Part shown: positions 1-14,383 of the stretch, one piece after another | Numbering within the stretch: position 1 is the stretch's first letter | Layout: each line of letters begins with the position of its first letter | Origin: the human T2T-CHM13v2.0 reference genome, Homo sapiens | Reading direction: 5' to 3' (one strand) | Length of the DNA stretch: 64,000 nucleotides | Assembly (NCBI RefSeq): GCF_009914755.1 | Contig: NC_060935.1 | Notes under the pieces: model-generated | Told to the model about the DNA's origin: nothing | Databases searched by the model: none | What the model saw: the letters and a program-made list of their open reading frames with translations, nothing else | Translations under genes and position numbers: made by a program

Positions 1-397
1 CACATTATTTTGGGAAAAATGAACTGTGCTATAGAGAAAATGATTTAAGATTTAGACAAGAAAATTCATCTTAAAACACACAATAGCAATACAATGTCAC
101 TAAATCCTCTGTTTTCTGTCAAATTGTCACAACAATAAAGTGTCCTTATAGAGATGTTGCAGTGATCAAATGAGATGACAGTGTAGGGAACCAGGGAAAC
201 TTGGAACTTCAAAATGTCCTAGGATCTCAGCACCAAGACGATATTACAATAGGCCATACTTCACTACCACTCCCCTGCCCAATACATACACATAAAAAGA
301 CAACAGTAACAATACAACAAAATAAATATCTTCACTGAAAAGAAAGTTTTAAAATGGGTGGCAAGGAATACGGGTACCAGCTGGTGCTATTTCAGGT

Positions 398-630
398 AAC
401 ATGAAATAGTAGAAAAAATGATGGATTTAGGAGACAGACCTAGGCACAAATTTTGGTTCTGCCTCTTCTTAGCTGTATAACTTTGGACAAGTTGTTTAAC
501 TTCTCTGGCATAGTTTTTTCTTTGGTAAAATTTTTATAACAACTGATGCTTCCTGGGATTATTATGAGAACTAAATAAAAGGATGAGAAGTCCCTAACAT
601 AATATATATTCAATAAATGTCATTTCACTT
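398..630 (+). mobile_element. MIR SINE
   Basis: MIR core TCTGCCTCTTCTTAGCTGTATAACTTTGGACAAGTTGTTTAACTTCTCTG. Confidence 0.75.
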
Positions 631-1779
631 GCTTTTCCTCACTGCCACACCCCAGGCTTTGCCTGAACCAGTGAGAGGAAGATGTTATTTATACTAAACA
701 GTTTTGCCTAAGGCCTTGCCCACCATCAGACCTGAATACCAAACTGCCAAATGGAAGTTTGCTGTGTTGAAATACTTATACCAGACTTCAAACATAGAAC
801 TCAGAGGTTATTCTATCAAAAGCTTAGCACTTGTCAACAAGAACAGCAGAGACTCCAGAACTCTTTTCAGTCTTGCTTTTTTTTTTTCCAAGACAGAAGC
901 AGACAAATCCTCATTGATCATTCTACCGAGGTAGCTCCAACCCTCCAAAATAATATATTTAAAATCACAGGTTATTTTATCATGTTTGAAGAAAAAAAAA
1001 TTACTGGAAATAAGAATCTTTATTGACTCTTTTAGTTTTAAGGTCAGTTGACCCAGAAAAAGAAGAGTGCTCCGTTTGAGAGTAGAGTGAAACTCTGACT
1101 GAAAAGGAAGAGGCACACTGCAACATGTAAATTTGATCCCATTTTACAAATGGAGCTAAAAGGAGCATTTACCATAGTAAGCTGACAGCCTTTAGTAAAG
1201 TCAGGTTTAAGTTTGAAGAGTTCCAACTTCCACTAAGTGAATCATGTCTAGCAGTGGAGACAGATGATTCAAGCAAATTTCAGACCATTCTTCTAATACG
1301 CTTAAGCCATCCCTGAAGGTAAATGTTAAAACTATTTAATACCTGAAGCTTCAGAATTTGTGGCTTGGGCTTTGCCCTTAGACTTTTTGGTTGCTACTGG
1401 AAATAAGATTATATTTTAAAGTTTCTTCTATCAGAAAAAGCAACACTCCAGAATTTTTACATCCTTTAGTTTTACTGCACGCAAGCTCCTGTCTTTGGGT
1501 AATAAGGGTCTTTCCTATTCACAATAAAAGGACACATTAAATGTATACCTTCTTCATAAGTCAGTAGCTATGAATGACTTTGAGCAATTCCATAGCTTTT
1601 CTTTCTTGAGTAAACTCCTCAGCATCAAATAGGACTCTGCTCCTGAGATGAAAAGAAGAAAGACTGGCTACCCAGAATAATTCAAATAAAATGATGTTTA
1701 TGATCCATGTATATTAATGTAGCCATTTAGAGAAAGTCAGGGCTATTTATAATCATTCTGGACTTTCTCCAATCAATTA

Positions 1780-2345
1780 TTTCCCTGTTTGAAACTCTTT
1801 GGTTGCTCTTATTTTTAGAACAAAGTTCAGACTTCTCAGCATATTATACAAAGCTTTTCTTGATCTGGTCCTTTCCTACCTTTCCCAACAAAATCTGAAA
1901 CTCTCACTTTTTTTCCTGGACATTTCATTTCAGCCACACTTAACTACCAGCCATTACCATGACTTCTCTGTGCTTTTTTCTAACCTGTTTCCTCTTACTG
2001 TGATATGCCTCCTCTTCTCACCCACCCCCTACCTACTGCAACACAGGTTTCTGGGGCCTAAATATATCCTACTCATTCATTGAGAATCAACTCGTGCACC
2101 ACTTACTCCAAGAAACATTTCTTGACTGCCTCCTCTTCCCCTATCCCTGGATGATAGGAATCTGTCCTCTGGTCTCCCACAACATTGTTTATTTTTATCA
2201 CAGCATTTCTCACCGTGTATTATGACTATTTAAAAAAAAAAAAAGTTCCTTGAAGGTAGGCTCTGTGTCTCATTCTTCATTATATATTGATACAGAGCCT
2301 GTCACACGGTAGTTGCTCAATACACTGTCATTGTTATTGATGAAT
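1780..2345 (+). mobile_element. L2 LINE 3' fragment
   Basis: L2-type 3' end: GTTCCTTGAAGGTAGG..TGTGTC...CAGAGCCTGTCACACGGTAGTTGCTCAATA...TGAATG. Confidence 0.7.
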
Positions 2346-2949
2346 GCAGACTATGGGCCAGGCTTGTTTCCTAGAAACATACAAGTTCAGGGCCATCCTT
2401 ATGATGCAGGGACTGAACCAATCACACACACTGGCCTGCTCTCGTTGTTGGGTTCTTAGTAAAATTTGGACTGAGTGAAATAACAAAGGCAGCTGTAACA
2501 AGAAAATCATTATAATAATAAGAATAAGCAAGTAATCACGGGCAACTTCCTGCCTCACTGCAATAACTGGAACAGGATAATGGGGAGACCAGAATTATTG
2601 GCACATTTAGCCATATTCTTTAAAGAAAAAAAGCATACATACATACATACATACTACCAAAAATGCTCTGTACAGCTGCTCTATTTGCACTTGAGGCATC
2701 TGCAGCTTGGGCATTAAAACATATGTGAAGAGTATGTCAGGCGATTTGGGTTGAGAAATCTGGATTTGAGATCTTTGTTTCTAACCATCTGTATTGTCTT
2801 CAATCAGCCCCTTCATCTCCCTGATTCTCAGTCTTTTCCTCTTACGTGATCTTTGATCTCCTTTTTAGTTCAAAAGTCTCATTCATTTTGACATTCTGAG
2901 TTGGTAGAGCCCCTGACACACATAAAGTATTCAAAAATACATAACAAAT

Positions 2950-3337
2950 AGTAAAATTAAGTTTAGCCTAAACTGTCTACTTATTTAAGTTCATGCTAAA
3001 GATTTCTTCATTTATAGTGGACTGTAACTTAACTGGATGTGTAAACAGACTACAACCTACTCTTTATCAACCAGTTTCAGCCAGTCACAGGCGGACAACT
3101 ATTCAAACTGTGTTCAAATAAGGCAAATGCCAAGCTGTAAACAATCCAGCTGTTTCTGCACCTTACTTTCATTTTCTGTATGTCACCTTCATTTTTCTGT
3201 CCATAAATCTCTAACTATAGAGCTACCCAGAGTCTCTCTGAACCTATTCTGGTTCGAGGGACTGTTTGATTTATGAATTGTTCTTTGCTCAATTAAACTT
3301 TGTTAAATTTAATTTATCCAAAGTTATCCTTCTGACT
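2950..3337 (+). mobile_element. MER57-family solo LTR (ERV1)
   Basis: Matches recalled MER57 consensus (AAATTAAGTTTAGCCTAAA...AACTGGATGTGTAAACAGACT...TTCAAATAAGGCAAA...CTCAATTAAACT). Possible 4-bp TSD AAAT. It interrupts an L2 3' tail. Confidence 0.85.
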
Positions 3338-4264
3338 AAATGAATGAATAAATGTCACTCTCCTTCCCTGTCTGCTTTTGGGGTTTTGCAGAATGAGCCA
3401 CAGTAACAAACTTGAAGGAGGCTGTGTCCTACAAGCATTAAGAGCTTCAGCAGCTCCCACTTTCCTCTCAATCTGCTTCAACAAGCCTTTTAAAAAAGTA
3501 GCACTGGAGCACAAAGTGGGAAATACCGGACATCCTCAAGGTCAACAAGGAAATGGAGAGGCAATAGATGAAGACTACAGGGTCAATCCAGAAGTTCCTC
3601 AGAAAAGCACAATAATTCAATCCGCTGGAGGAGAGGATGACAACAGGGGCCTCTGCAAAGAGCAAGTGATCCTTTGAAGAAAACAAAGCTTCAGTTTCCT
3701 CAAGAAGTTCTTCAGAGAAAAGCAAAACAATAACAACAAACTTTCCTTTAGCTCTTCCCAGGCAGCGGGAATTTCAGACAGAAGATCAGCATATTTGCCC
3801 TCAAAAGCCACAGCTTGGGTGTGCCCATGTGACCAGCTCCACTGGGCATCTGTTGGCAGGAAGTCCAATGCTGCCTTTCTGATAAAGGCTTGATGGACAG
3901 CCCTTCTATATTCCTTACCCACCCTTCCTTGGGGCCAATACTGATGCCCATTACCACTCTTGGCTTTTAACCTAAAAGCCCAATGTCTACTGTGGTCTTA
4001 ATTTATTGCCCAGTAGATGCTTTAAAAGGAACGTGAAAAATATACAGGCGTGCACGGAAAGCTAAAGCATTTAGAACTTTGAGCATCTTCCTTGTAATAA
4101 ATACCTAATACATATGTGTTAAATAGTTTATTTGAACTATAAAAATACAAGTATAATTATTATTATTTAATACTTGTATATATATTTTCTTTCCATTCAG
4201 CTATGCATTTCTCTCATTATTTTGTTTAGGACCTTAACTATGAAGATAGTAACAAATACAAAAA

Positions 4265-4490
4265 ACAAAGCACCTATATTTCTAGGCACTATACTAAGCC
4301 TTCATACACATTATTTCACTTAATTCCCTCAAGGACTCTGTCATCTTCCTCATTTTACAGATGAGGAAAGTAAAGCTGAGAGAAGTTAAGAAACCTCCTC
4401 CCACCAAGATCACATACTAAGAAAGTGGTATGGCCAGGATTTGAAGTCCACCTCTAACATCTGTGCTCTTAGCCACAACACCATACTGCC
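4265..4490 (-). mobile_element. MIR SINE
   Basis: CATTTTACAGATGAGGAAA...CCAAGATCACA...CCAGGATTTGAA. Confidence 0.75.
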
Positions 4491-5401
4491 AAATTCTTCT
4501 TCATACATTCTTCACACAAAAATGTGTACCATGACATTTAACAATAAACAGTTTAATCGTTAATTAAAGGATAAATGAGAAACAGTGAAAAGCCAAGGAC
4601 AAAATGTAGAACTTGGTAGTTTACCATGGTTTGAGAAAACCAATGAGACATTGTTTGGGAGGAACCATGTTGGTGTTTCTGACTAAGTTAGGGTGCATGT
4701 ATAAATTTCCCTTTCTTCCCTTTGCTAATCTGGACAATGCAGATTAAGTTTTTCTTTTGCTTACAGAATATGAGTGAAACAAATGTATAGTCACAGAAGT
4801 ATGTATATGCACATGTGTGTGTGTAAAAATCAAAGTTTGAAATATATCTTCTGAGCCTTCAGAGATTCATTTGGCCGAGAAATAGCCACAGTCCTCCCTA
4901 AAATTCTAATGCCTAGGATTTATATGCTATTTACACAGATTAAGAAGTATTGAAAAGTAGTATAACTGTGACATTGAAGTTAAGGAGACTAGGATTCAAA
5001 TTTTGATTCTGCTACCTACCAGCTGTGCCTCCTTGGCCAAGTTATTCAACTACTAGTGGTCTGGGTTTCCATTTCTGTGAGTTGTGGAGAGTAAAATCTA
5101 CCTTGCAGGATTATTATGATGTTTGGAGATAGTTTTTGTAAAATTCTTACTGTCATTTTGGGTACAAAACAGACACATAAAAATGACGGTTTTTATTATG
5201 CTAGGCAGAGGAAACATCATTTTCCTATTCTGGAATGCACACCTGACAAACTTCTACTCATTATGTAAGTCTTAATTCAAATGTTATATTTATTTATTCT
5301 ATTAACATTTCTTAAGAAACTAATATAATGCTCTTTGCTATTATAAGGTACTTGGAGAAAAAAGTTATAAACTTAAGATCTCTGATCTCAAGGGATGCAC
5401 A

Positions 5402-5717
<316 letters not shown>

Positions 5718-5899
5718 TAATGGACAGGTTAACAGACCATTATGTGAAGTGTGGTAAGTGTCCAAAGAAAGCGATGTCCAGTGGGCTTTGCAGGCCAGAG
5801 GACAGGCTACAAGGAGAGTCAGATAAGGCCACCTCGAGAAGTTTACAAAGAGTTTCCCTTACAAAGATTATAGCAATGATTATGAAAAGTTTCCCAACA

Positions 5900-6125
5900 G
5901 CCCCAGGCTGTGATCACTCTTTTCTGTGAACCCACCACACGATGTGTATCTCTATCACAGCATTGTTTATATTGAACTGAATGTTTAATTACCTAGCTCT
6001 GCTGCTAGACAGTGAACAACTTGAAAGCAGTGGTCATGACTTTGACTAAGATGAATTTTCAGCATCCCCCATAGGTTCTAACCTAGAGAAGCAGCCTGAT
6101 AAATGCCTGAAAGAACTGAATTGAA
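5900..6125 (+). mobile_element. L2 3' fragment
   Basis: CTAGACAGTGAACAACTTGAAAGCAG...GATAAATGCCTG..AGAACTGAATTGAA. Confidence 0.6.
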
Positions 6126-7214
6126 TTGTCATGGACCTCTGAAAAGGCAGGTGGTTAAGTAGCAGGACAAACTATAACCCAAAACTGCAGCTGCTTGGGA
6201 TCTAAGGGAGACAAGAGAGGGAGAAAGATTACTTCATTTGTTCTTGTCTGGGGAAGTTCAGATTCAGAGCAAAGCAATGCCAAAGGCAAAAGTGCCAGGC
6301 ACTACTCTCTAGACATCGCAGCTCATTTTGTTTTGTGGTCTGTGATTGAACTCTGGTTTAGATCTGATGTCTATGGCCTGAGATGGCTCTTAGTGTGGAG
6401 CTTTTGGTTTACAGTGCGATGCAGTCTCTTCAAAACATGACACCCTGGCCAAGTAAGAGGTAAAATCTGATTCTTACAAGATTTTCTAGCAGAACTCTTA
6501 AGTTTTTGTGAGGCTTAAAAAAAGTTAAACATTTACAACATGCCAATATGAAGCTCATTTAGCCTCTGCTAATGACTTCAGTGGCTTTCTTAACTATGTT
6601 ACTTTCTGTCTGGTTTCTCTACCTTATGTTTGCCTTAGAGAGCTGGAATGAAAACGTGTTTGCTTGTTTGGCTGATTTCATCTTTGATTTAGCAGTTCCA
6701 ACCTCTACTTTCATTTTGATCCAATATTAGATGTGTTGTTCAATTCATTGTCTTGAAATCTTGCCAGATTGCAAATAAGCAATTTCAACAAGAGTAATAA
6801 AAATGGACAGAATATAAGGAAGAACATCAATTGTAATCCTTGCTTAACCTCCTGCATGGTCCAAATGTGTCCTTGGCACCAAATGGAAGGTGAAGAGGAA
6901 ATATAAATAGATAATTTAACTTTCATTAAAATTCAGTAATAATACCACAGACAAGATGGGAAAGAGAAATGATATCAGCATTTAGTGTGGGTTTACTATG
7001 TGCCAAGCACTGTCCTATGTTATCTCATTTACATCCCATGGCAACCTAACAAAATAGGTGACAGTCCCATTTTTGGAAGGGAAGAAGTTAAGACCAAAAG
7101 AAGTTAAGATGAATAATCATTTAAGATTAAAAGCAACAAAATGATGAAGCTATAATGTGAACTTCTTTGTCTGTCTGGCTTTAATGTACATACTTTATCC
7201 ATTATAAGGTTAAA

Positions 7215-7891
7215 TGAGTGTTATTTTTTGAAATTGCTCAACTAGCCATACTTTTTGTTTCATTATAAATTTAATAATAGAACCATAGTATGAAGTAGAA
7301 GGAACAGAGGAAATCAAATATTCCAGAGACTCCATAACTCACCATGGGACTTAACACAGAACTCTGTATTATCTTCAGAAATTATTAGTTTGATTTCATA
7401 TTTGTGTGTGTGTGTATGTGTGTGTGTTCAGCAAATTAGAGTGTTGGTCAACATGCCGTTGATACTGCATTCATAGAATTCCAGTGTAACAATTCATACC
7501 TTCATTAGCTTGTTGGCTATCATCACCAGCATATTTACATTGAAACACTGAATATAATTCAAGAACCTCTATTGGCACTTCTGGGATACCCAATCTGAGG
7601 ACCACTGATAAAATCTGAGAGCACTCAGTGTAATTTCACATCACGTCTGCATGAAAATACTCAACTTAGGTCTTTAGCTCTCTTTAACTTTTAAATTTAG
7701 TTATTTTATCAAGTATGTTATGAGTTCCTTCTCATTTATTTAAGTTTCCTCATTCAGTAAACCAATATTATGATAATAGGATCCCAGACTCTAGCATTTG
7801 GAAAGAGTTGCTTATTTTTGACATTTTGGTCTAATATAATCTGAGTGTTATTTTTTGAAATTGTTCAACTAGCCATACTTTTTATTTTATT
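7215..7891. repeat. Dispersed ~50-bp direct repeat (7215-7264 and 7842-7891)
   Basis: TGAGTGTTATTTTTTGAAATTG(C/T)TCAACTAGCCATACTTTTT: 41/42 identical, 47/50 when extended. Confidence 0.93.
7323..7607. mobile_element. Probable decayed hAT-Charlie non-autonomous element
   Basis: Ends in CCCAATCTGAGGACCACTG, similar to the Charlie/MER5-type terminal inverted repeat; the left end is weak. Confidence 0.35.
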
Positions 7892-8580
7892 GGATGTTTT
7901 ATACTGAACATATTTTTCATGTTCTGAAATGGCAATACAACTGCAGCATATTGCAGATATCTGTGTTTTTTTTTTTTTTTTTGTCTGAAAGTGACCTTTT
8001 GATTATTTTCTTTTTGTAAAACCAAAGAATCATTAAGGCTTCTACAAATAAAGCATAAACAAATAATAGCTGTTGCCATCTTATAACATTGACAGTTCTA
8101 ATACTTATTATAAAGGTTTGCTTGACCTCAAGCCTTGTAAATTGTATGAAGGAACACTAGACCATTTACTTCCAGGGCATTGGTGAGGTCATAAGGCTAA
8201 TTACTAAGACTAAAACCCAATGCTCCTCAACTTCTCAACTTACATCTGCCTGCTACTTGGTACTACCTCTGGAGTCCTAATTTCAAACATTATTAGTGGC
8301 TCTTCCCAAATGAGCAAAGACAATCACACATGGGCCCTGGGTTGCTCAATGCCAATGCTCCCTCCCAGGGTCATATCTGCTTTCTCAGTTCCCTCTCTTC
8401 TTGATATATCCAATTCCTTCCTATGCTCAGTGTACCTCCCACTCTCAGGCTGCTCAGCACACCTGTCTGAGTAGGCTTCCTCATCCCTCCAGACTGACAA
8501 TAGAATTTCCTCATCATCCCCATTCTATTAATTTCCTGAAGATAATAAGCCTATGAACTATTTCAATTCTAAAATTTTTG

Positions 8581-9649
<1,069 letters not shown>

Positions 9650-9740
9650 TGATCACTTTTCCCTCTGGGGAAACTGATCTGGGGAACCAGGTGTTAGAGT
9701 CACACACAGTCCATGGTCTCTTTTCCTTAACACTGTTAAC

Positions 9741-9995
9741 AGTACAGTAGTTAAGAGAACAGACCTTGAATCCATGCTTTCTGAATTTTAATCCCAGCTT
9801 CTGCCACACAGCTGCATATCCTTCAGCAAATTATTCAAACTCTCTCTGTCTCAGCTTCACTATATATAAAGTGAAGATAACAATAATACCTCTTTTAAAA
9901 GGGTTATGTTGAAGATGACATAAGTTAATTCACATAAAGTCTTTAGGAAATTGCCTAACCCATAGTAAGCGCTCAATAAATGTTAGCTATTATTA
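9741..9995 (+). mobile_element. MIR SINE, near full length
   Basis: AGTAGTTAAGAGAACAGAC...CATAGTAAGCGCTCAATAAATGTTAGCTATT. Confidence 0.85.
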
Positions 9996-10237
9996 GCTAC
10001 TATTGACTTCCTTCAGAGATGTCCTTCTCAGTTGCCCTTCACTTTGATTTCCGGAGATGGGCTTCTCAAAGATTCCCCTTCCTTCTGAATCCATCCTTAA
10101 AACAAGCTCAAAGCCTAATGATGAGAAAAACTGCATGTTTCCGGGAGAGTCAGCAACTCTGGGGTGCTCCAAACCTGGTGTTTTTCTGTATAGTAGCCTG
10201 GATTTGACCTATCTCTCCCTATATGCTTCGCTTCAGT

Positions 10238-10460
10238 GAGGCAGCGTAGTTTAAGTGGCTCCAAGGCCAGACTACCCAGTTAAAAACTCTGGCTCAATTC
10301 TACTTTCAAGCTTGGATTACCTTGGGCAAGAGCTTAATCTTGCTGTGCATAATAACAGTACCTAACTCATCAGATTATGAAGATTATATATTAGTTCAAT
10401 ATTTGTAAAATGCTTAGAACATTACCTGCATACAATAAATTCTATACGAGTTTGTTGAAT
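10238..10460 (+). mobile_element. MIR SINE
   Basis: GAGGCAGCGTAGTTTAAG...ACCTTGGGCAAG...TGTAAAATGCTTAGAACA. Confidence 0.75.
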
Positions 10461-10518
10461 AAATGCCAGTTCCTATTAGAGGAAGTAAAAATGTCCATTT
10501 TTGTCAAAGAATGAAACT

Positions 10519-10760
10519 GTACATGTGTGGATATGTTATATATACACACACACACATACACACATCCATACGTATATATGTATATATATGTATGCATGTG
10601 TGTATGTGTGTGTGGATATGTTTTATATATATATATACACACACACACACATGCATACGTATATATGTATATATACGCACGCGTGTGTGTGTGTGTGTGT
10701 ATATGTAGAGTGTGTGTGTGTGTGTATATGTAGAGTGTGTGTGTGTGTGTGTGTGTGTGT
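10519..10760. repeat. Compound (CA)n/(TA)n/(TG)n microsatellite
   Basis: About 240 bp of near-continuous alternating purine-pyrimidine sequence. Confidence 0.95.
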
Positions 10761-13041
10761 ATTAAAAAAAGACAGGTTGATTTCTTTATAAGTTTCTACA
10801 GGAGCTTGAATTACCAAACCTTACTCCTAAATTACCACTAAAATTTCCTCAATGACTTTCAAACTTAGAGTAACCAATTCATCCAAGTAACACAGCAAAG
10901 TCCTGAAAAATAATACTTATAGTAAACTAAAGCCAACTCCTGCAGCTTTGTATATACAAAGCTTTTCCTACCTAAATTGCATAGGAATAAATTTGTATGG
11001 AGTATAAATCAAATCCAGATACATATTTTGCTATAATGAGAAATTTTAAAGTGACGGAAAGAGATACACTTTAAATTTCTGCAATCACTCATAGATCAAA
11101 GAAATTTTAAATCAAATAGCTCCTATGTACCAAGCACCATATGAAGTTCTGGGTATATAATGGGAAACAATAAGAGTGCCTGCCTTCCTGTTGCTTACAA
11201 TCAAGGTGACAAGGAGATAGGAATTAAGTAAGATAGAATCCACCATAAATGAAGCAGAAGAGAAGACATGTACCTGCCTGCTGTGCTACCTGTAAACCAC
11301 AGCTAGAGGTTCCCCACTCTACATGGACAGTTTTACCTCCTAGCTGGAATGAAGTAGAGAGGGAGACTAAGTGCTTTCCTTTTTCAATATAATGTGCATT
11401 GAACAGTCAAGGTGCCCAATTTTGTAGTAGCCCTGAGAAATGACACAAAGAAAAGACAAAGTCTTTTATTTTTCTATCAAGAAACCCCAGAGAGCACCTG
11501 CAAATTGATTTAGCTATTTTAAAAGAATCAAGAAAAATTACCTGCATAAAAAAGAGTCCTTAAAATAATGCTACAGTAATTTTTTCCTTACCAGTATTTT
11601 TTTTCTTCTCTAGTCTAAGCTGGTGATTAAAGAGATATCTTTCATTCTAAACTTAATTCTACTCTATTCAAGCTCTGGCCACAGTTAAATCAATTTATTT
11701 TCCATCACTATGTAGACACCTGTTAATACATTTTAAGGTAGATGCTCTGTGTGTCTCTGGGTATACAGTAGGCACTTTTGAGGCTGTGCTAGTTACTTGG
11801 GTTGGGGGGCAGGATGCGAGGTGATTAGACTGCCAAATCAGTCTGTCCAGGAAGGCCTACTCAGGAATTGGGCCCTTTTAGTGAATTTGATGAAGATGTA
11901 ACTTTCTAAAGGAAATCTCTGTGGACCAGAAACAAGTAATGCAGTTTTTGTAACTTCTTTCCTTAGAAACAGAGAGAGCAGTTATAACCATTACATAAGC
12001 AGCTTCAGAGCATGGGATGTAGAATCTGATGACCCAGCTCTTTATTTCCCAGGTGTTACCCCAGTTTCCTCACCTGCAATACTAAGGGACCACATAGATT
12101 TCCTTTGCAGAAAAATCATAATGCAGGTTAGTAAAATCATCCTGTACACTGTAAAATGTTCTATATAATTATTATTCCCTCAAATCTGGAAGGATGGTTC
12201 TCTTAAAATAGGGGAATCTTATCTCTTACAAAGCAGAGATTTCACCCATAACTTGAGAACAATTTAGACCACTAATTGCTTTGGGTTTTCTGTTTGTTTT
12301 TTAAGGCCAAGACTTCTCTACAGAAGAATAGGTGTATAGGGCTTTTAACTTTTCTTTCACTAGTTGGCAGAACAGCAAAAATGCCCCTGCAGCCAATGGG
12401 CATACAAGCCTGCTTCTTATAAAGCAATGTCTGATGTTTTTGAAATATGACAAGGAAAATAACCATAGAAGCAAGCAGGTGTTAAAGCCCTACCATGTGT
12501 TGAATCATTGTGCCAGGTAGTTTATATATGTTACCTCTGATCCTTATAATCACCCACTTAAGTATTTCTATGTCATTCTCATTTTACTGATGAGTAAAGA
12601 AGTTCAAACAGTCAGTATCTTGCCCAGAGATACAGAGCTGGTAAGTGGTAGATGGGGAATTTAAACCCAAACCTGCCTGTTTCTAAATGTTTATTTTTTG
12701 CTTCCCCAATACGTGGCCGTCTATACATGAAGATGCAGTATATTAAGAATCCAGAAATCATTCCTGAGTTTTCCCGGGGGCTGAGATGGGTCTTTTCAAA
12801 GGTCCATCTATGTATTCTAAGCCTATCCCACTGCTTCACATGGAATGATCCTCAACCCAATTCAGAAGAATGAGAGGCTCATATCTGTCTGAGCATCTCC
12901 TAGTGTGAAAAATATTTCTTCACTTCCTCCAGCAATAAGAGATTATCTTATTTCGCCACCTGGTAAAGTTTCCTTTCAAAAGAGCATCTGGAAATTATAG
13001 TGTGCAAGGCACTATACATACATGTAAGATGTCTTATTGGA

Positions 13042-13571
<530 letters not shown>

Positions 13572-14075
13572 TCATTTATAGAAAATTCATACTGCAGCAC
13601 ATTCTCGATTATCTGTACCCCTGCAGAGTTGCATTAAGAAAGTTAACAGCTTAGCATGGAAAATTTACCGAAGAGTTTCAAAACCATGACCTTACCCTAC
13701 AGGCACTCCTACTTTCAAAATTGGATAAAGAGGAAGCAGTCAGGGATAAGAGAGAGGGAACTGGTTATGAAGGGAGACAGGCTTTGTTCACACCCTTCAT
13801 ATTCCAACTACTAGCTATGTGCTCTTGGGCAAACTATTGAACGTCTCTGAACCTCAAATTATTATCAGTAAAATGGGCGTTATAATAGGTACCTTTTCTA
13901 AGGGTTAAATAAAATATGTCAAGTAACTATCAATATCTGATATATAAAGGGGCCTAAAATAAGGTTAGTTATTTTTACCCAAAGCCTGAGGAGCAGATTG
14001 TAGATCACTTGTCCTGAAAGTTTGGGAAAGGTTCTCATCGAACACAAGGATAAGCTATTAAGTGACCATCCATAA

Positions 14076-14383
<308 letters not shown>

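Noticed and set aside
2366-2378. Isolated good TF motifs: GTTTCCTAGAAAC (STAT/BCL6/RFX-like); also TGAGTCAGCA at 47596 and TTCCTAGAAAGC at 53856
   Set aside because: Single short motifs are expected by chance in 64 kb.
10442-10817. Several overlapping ORFs rich in C/V/Y/H/T (also at 17277-17615 and 19407)
   Set aside because: Open only because dinucleotide microsatellites lack stop codons.
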